Positions 47,484 to 58,394 of a DNA stretch of 64,000 nucleotides are shown here, one piece after another. This stretch comes from Nitrospirota bacterium. GTDB taxonomy: Bacteria > Nitrospirota > UBA9217. Location of the stretch: NCBI GenBank assembly GCA_963740085.1, contig CAVUCU010000001.1, positions 544,001 to 608,000 on the forward strand. Direction: 5' to 3'. How positions within the stretch are numbered: the stretch's first letter is position 1; the number at the start of each line of letters is the position of its first letter. The notes beneath the pieces were generated by a model. The model was not told the origin of the DNA, searched no databases, and was given only the letters and a program-made list of their open reading frames with translations. The translations under genes and the position numbers were made by a program.

Positions 47484-49658
47484 TCATTCGATCTTCACCC
47501 GGATCTCGGTTTCCCACGACTTTTCCGGAGGAAGCGAGAGCCGCCAGATCGGCATCACCATCGAGCTCTGATATACCCGCTCGAACCCGGCCTCGGATTG
47601 CGAGACCGTTTCAACCGGCGCGCGCCAGAGGCTTGCGGACCGGGAGAATGCGAGGGTGAGCTTGAGTTTGAGCCATTCGTCCACAAGGCTCACCTGGCTC
47701 ACATTGTTCGTTTCGCCGGTGGAGGCGAGGTTTCGCTTTTCGAGCACGTGGTCAGGGATGACATAGTAGCGGTCGTCGGCATTCCCCGCGAGGAGTGAAA
47801 AGTTAAACTCGCTCCCGAATGAGGTGTTCAGCTCTTCCGCACTCAGGTTCACGATCTCATAGCGCACGATAAATTCCGATGCGCCCTGGTGCAGAGCGAT
47901 TTCTTTTCTGATCCGGACAGCGAGTCCGGCAACATTCCCGCGACGCTCCAGCGCAAGCGTCGCAACTCCCCCCTGTTTTCTCTGTTTCAGATCAAAGGCC
48001 CCGAGCACAAAATCGCCGGCCTCGTGGTATTCGGACCGCATGAAACCCGGTAGATCGATGCCGGACTCGAGAAAATGATCGAGGAGCGATCCCCGCTTGT
48101 ACCAGTCGTATTGGAGGTGCCCATCAAGCCCTTCCTCCTTGACCACCACCCGCTCATGGATCGTCTGTGCGCCGCACGCGTCCTGGTCCCTGCCCGCCGT
48201 GCAGATCTTGTCGTGATACCCTTCATGCCTGCGCGTGAGGGTGTTCATAAGGTTGAACGAACGCGGCTTCCAGTCAAACTCCGAGATCCTGCCGCCCTCC
48301 GCCGGATCGATGAACAGGTTCATGCGTTCTGAGTTCAGCATGACCTCCTCGCTCCCGTCCATATCGAAGTCGCCCCTTTCGATTTCAAGCCAGGATGGTT
48401 GAAAACTTGCCTTTGGTTTCCCTCGTCCCTCGTCCCTCGTCTCTCGTCCCTTCAGCGCTTGATCGGCCATGAACTCCGCCTGTATCAAATGCTCATACAC
48501 GGCAGAGCGTAAATGCGGCAGGTAGAGCCCCCCGAAAACGCCGTGCCAGTACGAATCATTGCACTGCGACTGATAGAGATGGTCGAGCATCCGCGCCGTC
48601 TCTGCATTTTTTTTCGTGCCCGGCGCATCGAGAACATCATGCACCTTCCGGCTCACCATCATCATTCGTTTGTGCATGTGGTTGCTCTCGGGATACTTGG
48701 CCAGGAAGTTCCGCCAGAACCCGCCCTTGATGAAAGGCCTCAGTCCCGCAAACTCGGGAGAATCCTTCACCTTTGCCAGCGCGTCGTCATACTCCTTCAT
48801 GGCGCGCGTCGGGAGCGCCCACTCACCCATTTCCATGTACGAGGCCGTGGGGAGATAGACCCTGCCGAGCGTCGGCTCCTTCGTGAGGTACTCCGAGAAC
48901 GTGGTGGTCTCAAGCCATTCACTGTTCTGTTCGAGCAAAGTGAAAAACCGTTCAAGCCAGCCTTCCTCGTACACGGAGTGATACGTGCCGGGCCAGATGC
49001 CGAATTTTTCACCATCGTCCGCCATCGTCATGAGCCTGTTCCTCTCCGTCGAGCGGAAAGAGGACAGGTGATTGATCGTCTCCTCCGGCGGATGGAACGG
49101 GATCAGATATCGGAGCAGTTCGTTCCCCGGGAAGATGCGAAGTATACTATCCTGCTCTTCGGTGAGATAATACCCGTCAAGCTCGTCATCCCGGAGCCCG
49201 GCCATCTTGAAATGGAAGTCGTCGACGACCACGTGGTTGATCCCGGCTGCGGCAATGGTCTTGGGAAGGTGCGGCTCCCAGACCCGTTCCGCGAGCCACA
49301 GACCCTGCGCGACGTAGCCCAGCACGCGCTTTACATAGTCCGTGAGCGCGCGGACCTGGCCTATCTTGTCTTCATCAGGCAGCACGGCAAGGATCGGCTC
49401 GTAAAATCCGCCGGAGAGGACCTCGGCCCGGCCTTGAGCCACGAGTTTCTTGAGCATGTCGATGAATTCAGGATGGTGTTCTTCAAAAAAATGGTAGAGG
49501 ATCCCCGTGTAGTGCAGCGTGACCTTGAGCGATGGATGGCGCTCGAGCACCGTGATAAAGGGCAGATACGCTTTCTGATAGGCATCCTCGGCCACGAAGT
49601 CGAAATTGCCGACCGGCTGATGGTTGTGGACGGCGAAGATGAATTGTACTTTCGGCAT
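47484..49658 (-). CDS. GH57 alpha-amylase / 4-alpha-glucanotransferase
   Basis: HNHQPVGNF, WLAERVWEP, DDGEKFG.WP, QCNDSYWHGVFGGLYLPHLR; ATG at 49658; TTGACT-N17-TAATAT at 49711-49739. Confidence 0.93.
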   Translation of the reverse strand: MPKVQFIFAVHNHQPVGNFDFVAEDAYQKAYLPFITVLERHPSLKVTLHYTGILYHFFEEHHPEFIDMLKKLVAQGRAEVLSGGFYEPILAVLPDEDKIGQVRALTDYVKRVLGYVAQGLWLAERVWEPHLPKTIAAAGINHVVVDDFHFKMAGLRDDELDGYYLTEEQDSILRIFPGNELLRYLIPFHPPEETINHLSSFRSTERNRLMTMADDGEKFGIWPGTYHSVYEEGWLERFFTLLEQNSEWLETTTFSEYLTKEPTLGRVYLPTASYMEMGEWALPTRAMKEYDDALAKVKDSPEFAGLRPFIKGGFWRNFLAKYPESNHMHKRMMMVSRKVHDVLDAPGTKKNAETARMLDHLYQSQCNDSYWHGVFGGLYLPHLRSAVYEHLIQAEFMADQALKGRETRDEGRGKPKASFQPSWLEIERGDFDMDGSEEVMLNSERMNLFIDPAEGGRISEFDWKPRSFNLMNTLTRRHEGYHDKICTAGRDQDACGAQTIHERVVVKEEGLDGHLQYDWYKRGSLLDHFLESGIDLPGFMRSEYHEAGDFVLGAFDLKQRKQGGVATLALERRGNVAGLAVRIRKEIALHQGASEFIVRYEIVNLSAEELNTSFGSEFNFSLLAGNADDRYYVIPDHVLEKRNLASTGETNNVSQVSLVDEWLKLKLTLAFSRSASLWRAPVETVSQSEAGFERVYQSSMVMPIWRLSLPPEKSWETEIRVKIE

Positions 49659-49852
49659 ATCGTTGCAACCCCGTGTTTTCCTGATATTTTCGATGAGAAT
49701 ACAGACTCGAATATTAGCCTTCCGGGTCTGAAAAGTCAACCGAAAACGGGATTTTGGGCTTTGTTGCAGATGCATTTATACAAGTTACCTGCGTTCACGA
49801 ACGGTACGCATCGCAACCGGCATTTTCTGAGGTCATTCGAAAGGAAGATATT

Positions 49853-49967
49853 TTTCTCGCAGAGGCGCAGAGTTCGCAGAGAAAAGCTTAAAAAGTGTTA
49901 TGCGTTAAAACAAAAAACTTAAAGGTTTGGATTTTACTCTGTGTCCTCCGCGTGCTCTGCGAGAGAA
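49853..49967. repeat. Palindromic nonamer-repeat element (CGCAGAG-type)
   Basis: TCTCGCAGAGGCGCAGAGTTCGCAGAG ... CTCTGTGTCCTCCGCGTGCTCTGCGAGA. Confidence 0.75.
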
Positions 49968-50028
49968 CGCCCTTTAGTTCCTGTTCTTCCAGGGTCTGAC
50001 AGAACATCCGATAAGTGTTTAATCCGTC

Positions 50029-50760
50029 TCATCCAGTCCTCTTCACCAGCCGGCCTGCGACGAAAAAGAACACCACCGCGTATGCCGCCAGCACGACCAG
50101 GGAACCCGGAGCAAGATCATTGCCTGACGCCAACGCTCGCAGCAGAATGCTCGCGTGCGTGAGCGGATAGACCAGGATGAGGCTCCTGAACGGCTCCGGC
50201 AGTTTGTCCGGTGAAAAGAACGTGCCTGCCAGGAACGACATGGGGAGGATGAAGAAGCTGTTGAAGTTCGCCATGTCCTCGTGCGTGCGTGTGATCATTG
50301 CCGCCGCCACGCCCGCTGCGCCGAAACAGAATGCCGTGAGAAACAGTATCGCGAAAAAGGAAACAGATAAATGCAAATGCACACCGGAGATGATCCCCAC
50401 CAGCATGAGCATAAGCGCGGAGAACGACCCGCGTGCAAGACCGGTGAGCGTCCTGCCGAGAGCGATGTCCCAGGGGCTCACGGGAGAGACGAGCACCTCT
50501 TCAAGGGTCTTGGTGTAGAGCTTGCTTATATTAAGCGACGTCGAGACCGGGGTGAAGCTGTTGTTCATGGCCGAAAGCGCGAGGATGCCGGGCAGAACGA
50601 ACTCGAGATACCTGCCTCCGCCAACGTTCATGCCCCTGCCGAGGCCCCAGCCAAAGGTCACGAGATAGAGGATCGGCATGACCATGCTCGAAGCAAGGAA
50701 CCGCCAGGGTTTCTTGCGGATGAGCAGCAGCTCTTTCCAGATGATCGGATAAAAATTCAT
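50029..50760 (-). CDS. ABC-2 type exporter permease
   Basis: Multi-TM; YLEFVLPG, LEEVLVSP, PMSFLAGTFF, PLTH; ATG at 50760. Confidence 0.88.
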   Translation of the reverse strand: MNFYPIIWKELLLIRKKPWRFLASSMVMPILYLVTFGWGLGRGMNVGGGRYLEFVLPGILALSAMNNSFTPVSTSLNISKLYTKTLEEVLVSPVSPWDIALGRTLTGLARGSFSALMLMLVGIISGVHLHLSVSFFAILFLTAFCFGAAGVAAAMITRTHEDMANFNSFFILPMSFLAGTFFSPDKLPEPFRSLILVYPLTHASILLRALASGNDLAPGSLVVLAAYAVVFFFVAGRLVKRTG

Positions 50761-50878
50761 ATTAATTTTATAAAAACCGTACTTCCCGCGCGGCACTGTT
50801 AGAGGTGACACTTGAAAAAACCGCCGCCAATAGCTCCGCCAGGCAAGGAGCGTTTTGATGATCTTGTCTGCCGGCCTT

Positions 50879-51718
50879 TCAGTTCTCGATTCGCTCTCCG
50901 GTCAAACTGATGAACACATCCTCAAGCGTAACGTCCCGTATCATGATATCAGCGCACATGGCGCGGCTGTCATCGATCGCTTCTTCACGCGTTTGAAAGA
51001 AACGTCGCGGTATATCATGTCTCCCTATGCATTCAAGCGCGAACTTGCCCACGCGTTCCTTGAGCGCAGCGGGCCTGTCCAGCGCGATGATCTTCCCCGC
51101 ACGCATGATCGCCACCCGGTCGCAGAGCGCATCCGCCTCTTCGATATAGTGCGTCGTAAGCAGGACCGTGACCTTGTCCCGCTTCAACGATTCGATCAAT
51201 CCCCAGATCATCCTTCGAGCCTGCGGGTCCAGCCCGACCGTCGGTTCGTCCATACATACGACCCCGGGCCGGTGCATAAGTCCCCTGGCTATCAGCAGTC
51301 TTCTGCGCATGCCGCCCGAAAGATGGTCCACCGGCGTATCCTTTTTATCCCAGAGCCCGACGAAATGAAGAAGCTCTTCGATGCGTGCGGTCCGGTCCGC
51401 GGGTTCCATCTTGTGCAGCCGTCCATGATACTCGAGATTCTCGGCGCAGGTGAGATCGACGTCGAGGTTCAGCATCTGCGGTACCACGCCGATCGCCCGT
51501 TTGACACGGAGCGGATCAGCCTGAACATCGTATCCGGCGACCGATGCGGAGCCCGATGTCGGAGAAAGAAGCGTGGTCAGCATGCGCAACGTCGTGGTCT
51601 TTCCCGCGCCGTTCGGACCGAGGAGGCCGAAGACCTCCCCTTTGCTCACGGAGAAGCTGATGGACTGGACCGCGCCGAGGTCACCGAAATATTTTGTGAG
51701 GTTATTGGTGTCGATCAT
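50879..51718 (-). CDS. ABC exporter ATP-binding protein (DrrA/NodI-like)
   Basis: GPNGAGKTT, LSGGM, DEPTVGLD, TTHY. Confidence 0.93.
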   Translation of the reverse strand: MIDTNNLTKYFGDLGAVQSISFSVSKGEVFGLLGPNGAGKTTTLRMLTTLLSPTSGSASVAGYDVQADPLRVKRAIGVVPQMLNLDVDLTCAENLEYHGRLHKMEPADRTARIEELLHFVGLWDKKDTPVDHLSGGMRRRLLIARGLMHRPGVVCMDEPTVGLDPQARRMIWGLIESLKRDKVTVLLTTHYIEEADALCDRVAIMRAGKIIALDRPAALKERVGKFALECIGRHDIPRRFFQTREEAIDDSRAMCADIMIRDVTLEDVFISLTGERIEN

Positions 51719-51847
51719 TGATATCGTGTTGCACAGAAATCATACGTGGCCAAAACCAGAATCAAATTCTATGACACTGATCAGGGACGATTAAGAACCT
51801 TTACCAGGCTGATCATGCAATAAGTCATTTTTAAAGTCAACAACTTG

Positions 51848-51938
51848 GAACCGCAAAGACGCAAAGAGCGCGAAGAAAAGCTTGAATCTCCATTTAAAAT
51901 CTTTAAAAAACTTTGCGTTCTTCGCGCCTTCGCGGTTC
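51848..51938. repeat. Palindromic nonamer-repeat element (CGCAAAG-type)
   Basis: GAACCGCAAAGACGCAAAGAGCGCGAAG ... CTTTGCGTTCTTCGCGCCTTCGCGGTTC. Confidence 0.75.
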
Positions 51939-51956
51939 AACGTTTTCGTAATCGGC

Positions 51957-53327
51957 TCAGTCCTCTATCTCTATGCCCAGCGCCTTGATCTTCCGGTGCA
52001 GGTTGCTCCGCTCCACGCTGATTGCTTCGGCGGTCTTGCTCACGTTGCCGTTGTTTTCCTTGAGCTTCCGGGTGATAAATTCGCGCTCGAAATCCGCGCG
52101 GGCTTCCCTGAGCGATGCAAATCCGCCGGGCGTCCGCTCCCGCCCTTTCCGGTCTGCATGAGCGCTCCTGACCGGAGGCGGAATGTCGGAAAGCCTGATC
52201 ACGGGTCCGGGGGCCATGATGAGCAATCGCTCGATGATATTGCGAAGTTCCCGCACATTTCCCGGCCATTGATACTGAACAAAAAGCGCGAGCGCATCGT
52301 CCTCGATGGCCTTGGGCTTCTGGCCGTACTCACTCGAAAACTCCCTGAGAAAGTGGTGAACAAGGCGCGGGATATCATCGGGCCGCTCGCGGAGCGGCGG
52401 TACTTCGAGTGGGATGACGTTCAAACGATAATACAGGTCCTCGCGGAAGGAGCCCTTCCTGATCTCGTCGGCAAGGTTCCTGTTCGACGCGGCGATCACC
52501 CTCACGTCGACCTTGAGCGTCCGGGTGCCGCCCACGCGTTGAAACTCCTGCCCCTGGAGCACTCGCAGCACCTTGGCCTGTGTGGCCAGGCTCATGTCGG
52601 CGATCTCGTCAAGGAAGATCGTGCCCCGGTCGGCAAGCTCGAACTTCCCCCGCTTCATTCCCGTCGCGCCGGTAAACGACCCCTTTTCGTGCCCGAACAA
52701 TTCGCTCTCGATCAGTTCCTGCGGGATCGCCGCGCAGTTCACTTCCACGAAGGAATTGCCGGCCCTTTTGCTTGCGCGGTGAATTGCGCGCGCCACGAGC
52801 TCCTTGCCCGTGCCGCTGTCGCCGTGGATCAATACCCAGCCGTTCGTTGGTCCGGCCAGCGCGATCTGCTGCTTGAGCGCCTTGATAACGTCGCTCTCGC
52901 CCACGATATCAGAGCGTTTTTCGATGCTCTTTTTAAGGGCCTCGTTCTCTTCGCGAAGCCGTGACTCCTCCAGCCCGTGTTTGACCACCAGTGTCAGATG
53001 CGCCAGCCCGGGAGGCTTCACCATGAAGTCGTAGGCGCCCATCTTCGTGGTCTTAACGGCAGTCTCGATTGTGCCGTGGCCCGTGACCATGATCACCGGC
53101 ATGTCGGGCCTCATCTCCTGGAACCTCCTGAGAACCTCGATCCCGTCCATCCCGGGCATGGCAATGTCGAGCAGCGCCAGGGAGGGCTGCGTTTCGCTCA
53201 GCAGGTCGATCCCTTCCCTGCCCGAGGAAACGGCCACGACGTCATAGCCTTCGTCCCGCATGACATCGGCAAGGCTCTTCCGCACGCTTTCTTCGTCGTC
53301 GACTATGAGTATGGTTTCACCGGACAT
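51957..53327 (-). CDS. Sigma54-dependent response regulator (NtrX-like)
   Basis: REC (VDDE, LLDI), GDSGTGKE, GSFTGA, FLDEI, WPGNVREL, Fis HTH. Confidence 0.92.
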   Translation of the reverse strand: MSGETILIVDDEESVRKSLADVMRDEGYDVVAVSSGREGIDLLSETQPSLALLDIAMPGMDGIEVLRRFQEMRPDMPVIMVTGHGTIETAVKTTKMGAYDFMVKPPGLAHLTLVVKHGLEESRLREENEALKKSIEKRSDIVGESDVIKALKQQIALAGPTNGWVLIHGDSGTGKELVARAIHRASKRAGNSFVEVNCAAIPQELIESELFGHEKGSFTGATGMKRGKFELADRGTIFLDEIADMSLATQAKVLRVLQGQEFQRVGGTRTLKVDVRVIAASNRNLADEIRKGSFREDLYYRLNVIPLEVPPLRERPDDIPRLVHHFLREFSSEYGQKPKAIEDDALALFVQYQWPGNVRELRNIIERLLIMAPGPVIRLSDIPPPVRSAHADRKGRERTPGGFASLREARADFEREFITRKLKENNGNVSKTAEAISVERSNLHRKIKALGIEIED

Positions 53328-53472
53328 ATCGTTTTTTGTGCTTCAATGTTCAAAGTTGAGCGACTTAATGAATTGAGCCGCTGTAGCGGCTCGAAGGACT
53401 TGTTGGACTGATCTTATCGGGTTTCGCTACGCTCTACCCGACCTCCTTACTGAACCCACGAAAAGATGATTG

Positions 53473-54598
53473 TTATTTAAGATTCCGCTTCAACGTATCC
53501 ACGACCTCATCGATCTCCGCCTCTGCTGTTTCTCTCCCCAGGCTGAAGCGTATCGCGCCGCGGGCGAGCGCGGGGTCCGTGCCCATGGCGACCAGAACGT
53601 GCGACGCGTTCACCGTACTGCCGTGGCACGCGGCCCCCGGAGAGACCGCGATATCTCTTCCCAGTGCCTCCATGACCGCGATCGAATCGGACCCCTCAAA
53701 GCTGATGTTCCAGGTGTTCGGCAGCTTCTTTATCAGGATGCCCGTTCAGATGGACCTTCAGTCCCGCGCGCTTCAATCCCTCAAACAAACGCCGTCCGAG
53801 TTTTATCTGGCGCGACCCCTCAGTATCCATTATCTCCACGGCGATCATGCATGCAGTGCCCAATCCGACGATGAACGCCGCGTTCTCCGTGCCCGGCCGC
53901 AGCCCGCGCTCGTGCCCTGCCCCGTTCATCAGCGGCTGAAGCTTGCGACCGTTCTTGATATACAGCGCGCCAATGCCCTTCGGCGCATAGAACTTGTGCC
54001 CGGCAATGGTCAGAAAATCCGCGCCGAGGTCTTTTACCTTCACGGGCACCTTGCCCACGCTCTGCGCCGCGTCGGTGTGGAACAAGACCCCGCGGGACGC
54101 GGCGATCCCGGAAAGAACTTTGATGTCCTGTATGGTTCCCACCTCGTTATTCGCATGCATGATCGAAACGAGCGCGGTCTTCGGCGTGATCGCCTGTTCA
54201 AGATCTTCGGGATCCACGAGTCCCTGTTCATCAACGCGCAGATAGGTGACCGCATGACCGTGACGCTCCAGATAACGGCACGGCTCGAGCACAGCCGGGT
54301 GTTCGATGCGGGACGTGATGATGTGGCTGCTCTTCGGCGCTAAAGCTGCCACCCCTTTTATCACCATGTTGTTCGATTCCGTTGCCCCGCTCGTGAAGAT
54401 GATCTCTGATGCCTCGCAACCCAGAAGGGCCGCGACACGCTCGCGCGCCTGTTCAATGCCCGCCTTGAGCGCGACGCCGTAGGGATGACTGCTCGACGGA
54501 TTGCCGAACTTTTCCTTCAGAAATGGCAGCATCTCCTGAAGGACCTGTGGAGCGACCGGGGTGCTTGCGTTATAATCGAGATAGATGGGGCTTGTCAT
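53473..54598 (-). pseudogene. Cysteine desulfurase (NifS/IscS-like) split by a 1-bp frameshift
   Basis: YLDYNAST, HTDAAQ, GHKFYAPKG in the first frame; removing one base at 53729-53731 restores HPDKKLPNTWNISF...SPGAACH...IRFSLG. Could be a sequencing error. Confidence 0.75.
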
Positions 54599-54640
54599 AG
54601 AATTATCCTGACCAGGAAAATCCGGAACCGAAAGGGCGTC

Positions 54641-54748
54641 TCTCGCAGAGGCGCAGAGAACGCAGAGTTAAATCAAAACTTTCGAGTCTTGGTTCTATCC
54701 CAGAACGGTTTAAACTTTTCTCTGCGAACTCTGCGCCTCTGCGAGAAA
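54641..54748. repeat. Palindromic nonamer-repeat element (CGCAGAG-type)
   Basis: TCTCGCAGAGGCGCAGAGAACGCAGAG ... CTCTGCGAACTCTGCGCCTCTGCGAGA. Confidence 0.8.
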
Positions 54749-54773
54749 TATTTTCCCCGCTTTAAGATGTTCA

Positions 54774-55706
54774 TCACTTCTCCCGCCGTTCAAATATTCC
54801 CATCGTCAGATACCGCTCCCCGACATCGGGCAGGATCGTGACGATGCGCGCGCCCTTGCCGAGACGTGCCGCCACCTGGAGCGCCGCCCAACATGCCGCG
54901 CCGGACGAGATGCCCACAAGCAAGCCTTCCTCGTGCGCAAGCCGCCGTGTAGTATCCGCGGCGTCATCCTGCCCGACCTTGATGATTCCGTCGTACACCC
55001 TGGTGTTCAGAATCGCGGGAATGAACCCCGCTCCGATCCCTTGTATGGGATGGGGGCCGGGCTGGCCCCCCGAGAGCACCGGTGAGGCCGCGGGTTCAAC
55101 GGCAAAGATGGTGATGTCCTTGTATTTTTTTCTGAACACTTCGCCGACACCCGTGATCGTCCCGCCCGTGCCGACGCCGGCCACGAACGCGTCCACTTTT
55201 TTCGCGCCCATCTGTTTGATGATCTCTTTTGCCGTGGTGCGGCGGTGGACCTGCGGGTTCGCTGGATTGCCGAACTGGTCGGGCTTGAAATATTCCCTGC
55301 CCGACGCAACGATCTCGTCGGCCTTTGCGATCGCGCCCTTCATGCCTTTTTCTGCGGGTGTGAGTACAAGCTCGGCTCCGTAGGCTTCAAGCAGTCTGCG
55401 CCGCTCGACCGTCATGGACTCGGGCATGGTCAGGATGATCGTATAGCCCTTGACCGCGGCGACCATGGCAAGACCGATGCCCGTATTGCCGCTCGTGGGC
55501 TCCACGATCTTCATCCCTTTTTTGAGGATCCCCTTTTTTTCCGCGTCCTCGATCATGGCGAGGGCCGGCCGGTCCTTGACACTCCCCCCGGGGTTGAATC
55601 CTTCAAGCTTTGCCCACACCTCTGCGTCGCCCGGACCCGGCAGTTTATTAAGCCGAACCAAAGGAGTGTTCCCGATCAGATCCAGCACTGTTCTAATCTT
55701 CAGCAT
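54774..55706 (-). CDS. cysK: Cysteine synthase A
   Basis: [37 protein letters not shown]. Confidence 0.95.
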   Translation of the reverse strand: MLKIRTVLDLIGNTPLVRLNKLPGPGDAEVWAKLEGFNPGGSVKDRPALAMIEDAEKKGILKKGMKIVEPTSGNTGIGLAMVAAVKGYTIILTMPESMTVERRRLLEAYGAELVLTPAEKGMKGAIAKADEIVASGREYFKPDQFGNPANPQVHRRTTAKEIIKQMGAKKVDAFVAGVGTGGTITGVGEVFRKKYKDITIFAVEPAASPVLSGGQPGPHPIQGIGAGFIPAILNTRVYDGIIKVGQDDAADTTRRLAHEEGLLVGISSGAACWAALQVAARLGKGARIVTILPDVGERYLTMGIFERREK

Positions 55707-55761
55707 AGCCGTCCTTTCCTGTGAATTTACTACGAACTCCGCACTCCGAACTCCTGACTTA

Positions 55762-57462
55762 TCACGCGGTGCCCCGCTCGATCATCTCCTCGGCATGCTT
55801 GACCGTGGCCTCGGTGATCGTCTTTCCTCCGAGCATACGCGCGATCTCCTCCACCCGTTCCTGCCTGTCGAGCAGCCGCACCTCGGTGCTCGTCCGTTCC
55901 TTTTTTACGGACTTGGTAACACCGTAGTGGCTCCCGGCCATGCTCGCGATCTGCGGCAGATGCGTGATGCAGAAGACCTGTCGTTTCGTTGCCACGCGTT
56001 TGAGCTTTTTACCGACCTCTTCCGCAACCGCGCCGCCGATGCCCGCGTCCACCTCGTCGAACACGAGCGTGGGGATGCTGTCGCCTTCCACCAGGATGGT
56101 CTTGAGGGCGAGCATGATGCGCGACAGCTCTCCACCCGAGACGATCTTCGCGAGCGACCGCGGTTCCTCGCCCGCGTTCGGCGAGATGAGGAACTCCACG
56201 CGGTCCGCGCCGCGCGGCCCGAGCTTCAGTCCGTCAAACGTGTCTCCTCCGGGCTCCTGCGTGATCTTCAGCGTAAAGGTCGTTTTCTTCATCCCAAGAT
56301 GGTTAAGCTCGGCCTCGACCTTCTTCTCGAGCTCAGCGGCCGCCGCCCTTCGCTTCTTCGTCAGCTGATTCGCCTTGTCGGTCAGTCCGAACTTGATTTC
56401 CTGGATCGCGGATTTCAGTTTTTCGATCTCCTCCGTGCTCCTTTCCATAAGTTCGAGAGCGGCCGTCGCTTTCGCTCCGAAATCGAGGATCTCCTCTATC
56501 GTGTTCCCGTACTTTTTTTTGAGCTTCTGGATCACGTCCAGCCGGTCCCCGATCTGCTCCAGCCGCTGGGGATCGGACTCAGCGCGATTGTGGTACGAGG
56601 TGACTTCCCAGGCGGCCTCTTCGATCTGCGCGCGGCCCGACTCGCAGAGATCAAGCGCACCCGCGAGGGTGTTGTCGACTTCAACCATCTCTTTCAGCCC
56701 GTTGATCGCTTTTTTCAGGTTTGCGAGCGCCGAACCGTCGGAGGAATAGAGAACCTCATCGACCATGGCTGAAAGGGCCGCGAGCTTTTCGGCATTTGCC
56801 ATGACCTTTTGCGCATTCACAAGTTCTTCAACCTCGCCCGGTTTGAGCTGGGCCGCTTCTATCTCATTCTTCTGGTATCGCAGCAGGTCCTCGCGCTGCG
56901 CCCGGTCGCGCTCTCCCTCCTGCAGCCGTGCCAGGTCCTTTCGAATGTCAAGCAGCCGGTGATACTCGGCTGTCACCTCATCGCGGAGCGTGCCGAGCCC
57001 GCCGAAGGTATCGAGCATCTCCATCTGGCGTTCGAGTGAAAGCAGCGATTGGTGCTCGTGCTGGCCGTGGATATCGGCAAGATTCGCGCCAACGGCCGCG
57101 AGCGTGGTGAGATTCGCCAGTCTTCCGTTGATATAGACCTTGTTCTTGCCCGAGGACGAAAGCACGCGGCGCACGATCAGGTCTTCCCCCGGGTCCATCT
57201 CAATGCCCTGTTCCGAAAGCAGCGCAGTCACTTCCGCCGCTCCGTGGCTGTTGAGATCGAAGGCGGCCTCCACTACGGCCTCCTGAAAGCCGCTGCGGAT
57301 CAGGTCAATGCTCGCCCGTTCGCCGAGAGCCAGACTGAGCGCGTCGACAACGATGGACTTGCCGGCCCCCGTCTCGCCTGTGAAGACGTTCAGCCCCGGC
57401 GCAAACTCCACCCGAAGCTGGTCGATGATGGCAAAATTTCTTATATTGAGTTCTTTCAGCAT
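55762..57462 (-). CDS. recN: DNA repair protein RecN
   Basis: [39 protein letters not shown]. Confidence 0.97.
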   Translation of the reverse strand: MLKELNIRNFAIIDQLRVEFAPGLNVFTGETGAGKSIVVDALSLALGERASIDLIRSGFQEAVVEAAFDLNSHGAAEVTALLSEQGIEMDPGEDLIVRRVLSSSGKNKVYINGRLANLTTLAAVGANLADIHGQHEHQSLLSLERQMEMLDTFGGLGTLRDEVTAEYHRLLDIRKDLARLQEGERDRAQREDLLRYQKNEIEAAQLKPGEVEELVNAQKVMANAEKLAALSAMVDEVLYSSDGSALANLKKAINGLKEMVEVDNTLAGALDLCESGRAQIEEAAWEVTSYHNRAESDPQRLEQIGDRLDVIQKLKKKYGNTIEEILDFGAKATAALELMERSTEEIEKLKSAIQEIKFGLTDKANQLTKKRRAAAAELEKKVEAELNHLGMKKTTFTLKITQEPGGDTFDGLKLGPRGADRVEFLISPNAGEEPRSLAKIVSGGELSRIMLALKTILVEGDSIPTLVFDEVDAGIGGAVAEEVGKKLKRVATKRQVFCITHLPQIASMAGSHYGVTKSVKKERTSTEVRLLDRQERVEEIARMLGGKTITEATVKHAEEMIERGTA

Positions 57463-57472
57463 GATTTAACGG

Positions 57473-57561
57473 CAGGCGCCAGGGTTCAGGTGCCAGGGTA
57501 CAGAAATTACTTAACCCTGGATCCCGGACCTGTGTCCCTTGACCCTTGACCCCTGTCCCCT
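57473..57561. repeat. Palindromic heptamer-repeat element (CAGGGT/ACCCTG-type), overlapping the TPR gene end
   Basis: CAGGCGC-CAGGGTT-CAGGTGC-CAGGGTA ... ACCCTGG-ATCCCGG..TCCCTTG-ACCCTTG-ACCCCTG. Confidence 0.7.
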
Positions 57562-58115
57562 TTTTTTACTGCATTCGCCTTCTTCATCGCGAAGCGTTCC
57601 TGCGTTGATATTCCTTTCCCACCCGCCTTGCGGTACAGCACCGCTGCCTGATCTTTCCTGCCCATGCGTTCGCTCGCCCTGCCGGCCCAGTAGTACGCGG
57701 TGCCGACCAACATCCCGGAGGTTGGATAGCTCTCGGGTATTTTAAGGAATTCGGCCACCGCCTCGGAGTTCCTGCCGAGGAGAAGGACGCAGAACCCTAT
57801 CCAGTACTGGGTCTGCGCCCGCTCACCGGGCTTCTGCTCTTGCAAAGCCCGATGGTATGCATCGAGGGCATGCTGGTAATCGGCCAGACGGAAAAAACTA
57901 TCGGCGATGCGGGTATGGAGAAGGCCCGGGGAAATAGCCCGGGACGGAGAGGAAAGTACTGCTTGATACAAACGAATCGCGTCCGGGTACCGGCCTTGCG
58001 AGAACATCTGGTCCGCTTTTATATATTCGCGGGGAACACGTTGCCCGCTCGCTGCATGCGGCAGGCCGGAGAGCGCCAGGAAAATAAGGGGGACAAATAT
58101 CAATTTCGCTTTCAT
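57507..58115 (-). CDS. Secreted TPR protein (CpoB/YbgF-like fold)
   Basis: ATG at 58115 with signal peptide; TPR patterns (YWIG, AYYWAG). Confidence 0.75.
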   Translation of the reverse strand: MKAKLIFVPLIFLALSGLPHAASGQRVPREYIKADQMFSQGRYPDAIRLYQAVLSSPSRAISPGLLHTRIADSFFRLADYQHALDAYHRALQEQKPGERAQTQYWIGFCVLLLGRNSEAVAEFLKIPESYPTSGMLVGTAYYWAGRASERMGRKDQAAVLYRKAGGKGISTQERFAMKKANAVKKGDRGQGSRDTGPGSRVK

Positions 58116-58394
58116 GATGATCCCTTCCCGAGACTGTGTCAAATTTAACACAAAGCATGGGTCTATTCAAGGACATATTTCTTATGAGAATTCAGGCGGT
58201 GAAAAAACAGAGGTACTTCGCAAGGATGGCATGAAAAACCGGAATAAAAATCAGAAGGTCGGAAGCAGGACGTATGCGATCGTGTCGTCCTTCGCTCCCT
58301 TCATGAGAGAGGAGATCAAGCAGGTGGGAATAGAGACTTATACCGCTCACCGTGATATTTTCAATCGCTAATTTTAATTCGATCGCGGGCTTAC

